DNA of 64,000 nucleotides from Candidatus Zixiibacteriota bacterium (GTDB lineage Bacteria; Zixibacteria; MSB-5A5; GN15; FEB-12): NCBI GenBank assembly GCA_040752815.1, contig JBFMGC010000003.1, positions 15,706 to 79,705 of the forward strand, read 5' to 3'. Shown piece by piece: positions 63,566 to 64,000 of this stretch (position 1 is its first letter; each line of letters starts with the position of its first letter). The notes under the pieces were generated by a model. It saw only the letters and a program-made list of their open reading frames with translations, ran no database searches and was not told where the DNA came from. The position numbers and the translations under genes were made by a program.

Positions 63566-63966
63566 TATCTCGCCTCCCGGAGCAGTCTGTTACGTGCCGA
63601 GAACGACGCCTTCTCGGGTCGATAGCCCGAGCCGGCGCCGCCGCTCTGTGCCGCAGTCTGAACCGTGCTTTTCGGCTGACTAACGGCGGTTTCAATGGTC
63701 GCGCCGATCAACAGCGAGTTCACAAAGATGTCGATCGCCGGATAACCTGTGACTATCGCGAGGCGATAGGTCTGTTTGGCGGCGATACCGCCGCCGTCCG
63801 TTATCTGATCACCTCCCCACGGATGATCACCATCGTCGCCTTCGCCCCCGCCGGTCAGGCCTGGGTTGTTTACACCTTCGCCGCGGATCACCCCCGCCGG
63901 GGCGGTCACCGCCATGGCGAAAACCAGCGCCAGCACAAGAGCCGGCACCATGTACGAATGTTTCAT
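63565..63966 (-). CDS. small secreted hypothetical protein (Gly/Asp-rich), translationally coupled to the activator
   Basis: It has the signal peptide MKHSYMVPALVLALVFAMAVTAPAG. Its TAA (63567..63565) shares one nt with the activator ATG (63565..63563). Confidence 0.5.
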   Translation of the reverse strand: MKHSYMVPALVLALVFAMAVTAPAGVIRGEGVNNPGLTGGGEGDDGDHPWGGDQITDGGGIAAKQTYRLAIVTGYPAIDIFVNSLLIGATIETAVSQPKSTVQTAAQSGGAGSGYRPEKASFSARNRLLREAR

Positions 63967-64000
63967 GACACACTCCTTGGTTTGAGTATTTGATAAAGCT

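Noticed and set aside
1-64000. Search for CRISPR arrays, rRNA/tRNA genes, prophage/integrase genes, toxin-antitoxin or known defence-system genes, exosortase and PEP-CTERM tails
   Set aside because: I recognised none by eye. The only regularly spaced repeats are the REP hairpins, whose units differ and are palindromic and whose spacers are not of constant length. The only mobile-element gene is the RAYT.

Overview
This is a GC-rich bacterial chromosomal fragment (roughly 60% GC by eye, not computed). I found about 55 credible protein genes and no rRNA, tRNA or CRISPR array. Secreted proteins with T9SS-type C-terminal sorting domains suggest an uncultivated FCB-superphylum-like organism; this is inference only.

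Layout:
(1) 1-39 kb is a very large surface-polysaccharide locus. It contains two paired alpha/beta hydrolases with non-Ser nucleophile elbows, 7 glycosyltransferases, a Wzy/O-antigen-ligase-like membrane protein, a NodB deacetylase and two FemAB/CelD-like GNATs. It also has UDP-glucose dehydrogenase, a UDP-glucuronate-epimerase-like SDR, an AsnB-like amidotransferase, a NadE-like amidating enzyme, a Wzz/GumC-like chain-length determinant, an AlgJ/AlgX-like O-acetylation protein and a carbamoyltransferase-SxtJ-DUF5989 triad. Three adenylate-forming ligases are present, two of them with dedicated carrier proteins. Three secreted beta-propeller or beta-helix proteins are embedded, two with T9SS C-terminal domains. 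The gene set recalls the exosortase-A-type EPS locus, but no exosortase or PEP-CTERM gene is visible in this window.
(2) 39.7-49 kb holds a phosphodiesterase-VTT fusion and a TetR-controlled TolC/HlyD/2x ABC ATPase/2x ABC-2 permease operon.
(3) 49-58.3 kb holds bcp, a YfcH-like gene, an SDR and a REP-associated tyrosine transposase (RAYT) flanked by inverted GTAG-type REP hairpins. It also holds an unusual tdh-acpS-ligase-ACP...kbl arrangement.
(4) 58.3-60.2 kb is a lower-GC islet with orphan ORFs, including two in-frame ORFs split by one TAG.
(5) 60.2-64 kb holds an orphan BMC-H shell-domain protein with a C-terminal helix-extended-helix-like domain. It is preceded by a good sigma-54 promoter candidate and a TPR-AAA+ sigma-54 activator.

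At least eight intergenic regions are filled with related GC-rich REP/REPIN-like hairpins. All family names come from motif recognition by eye; no database search was run.
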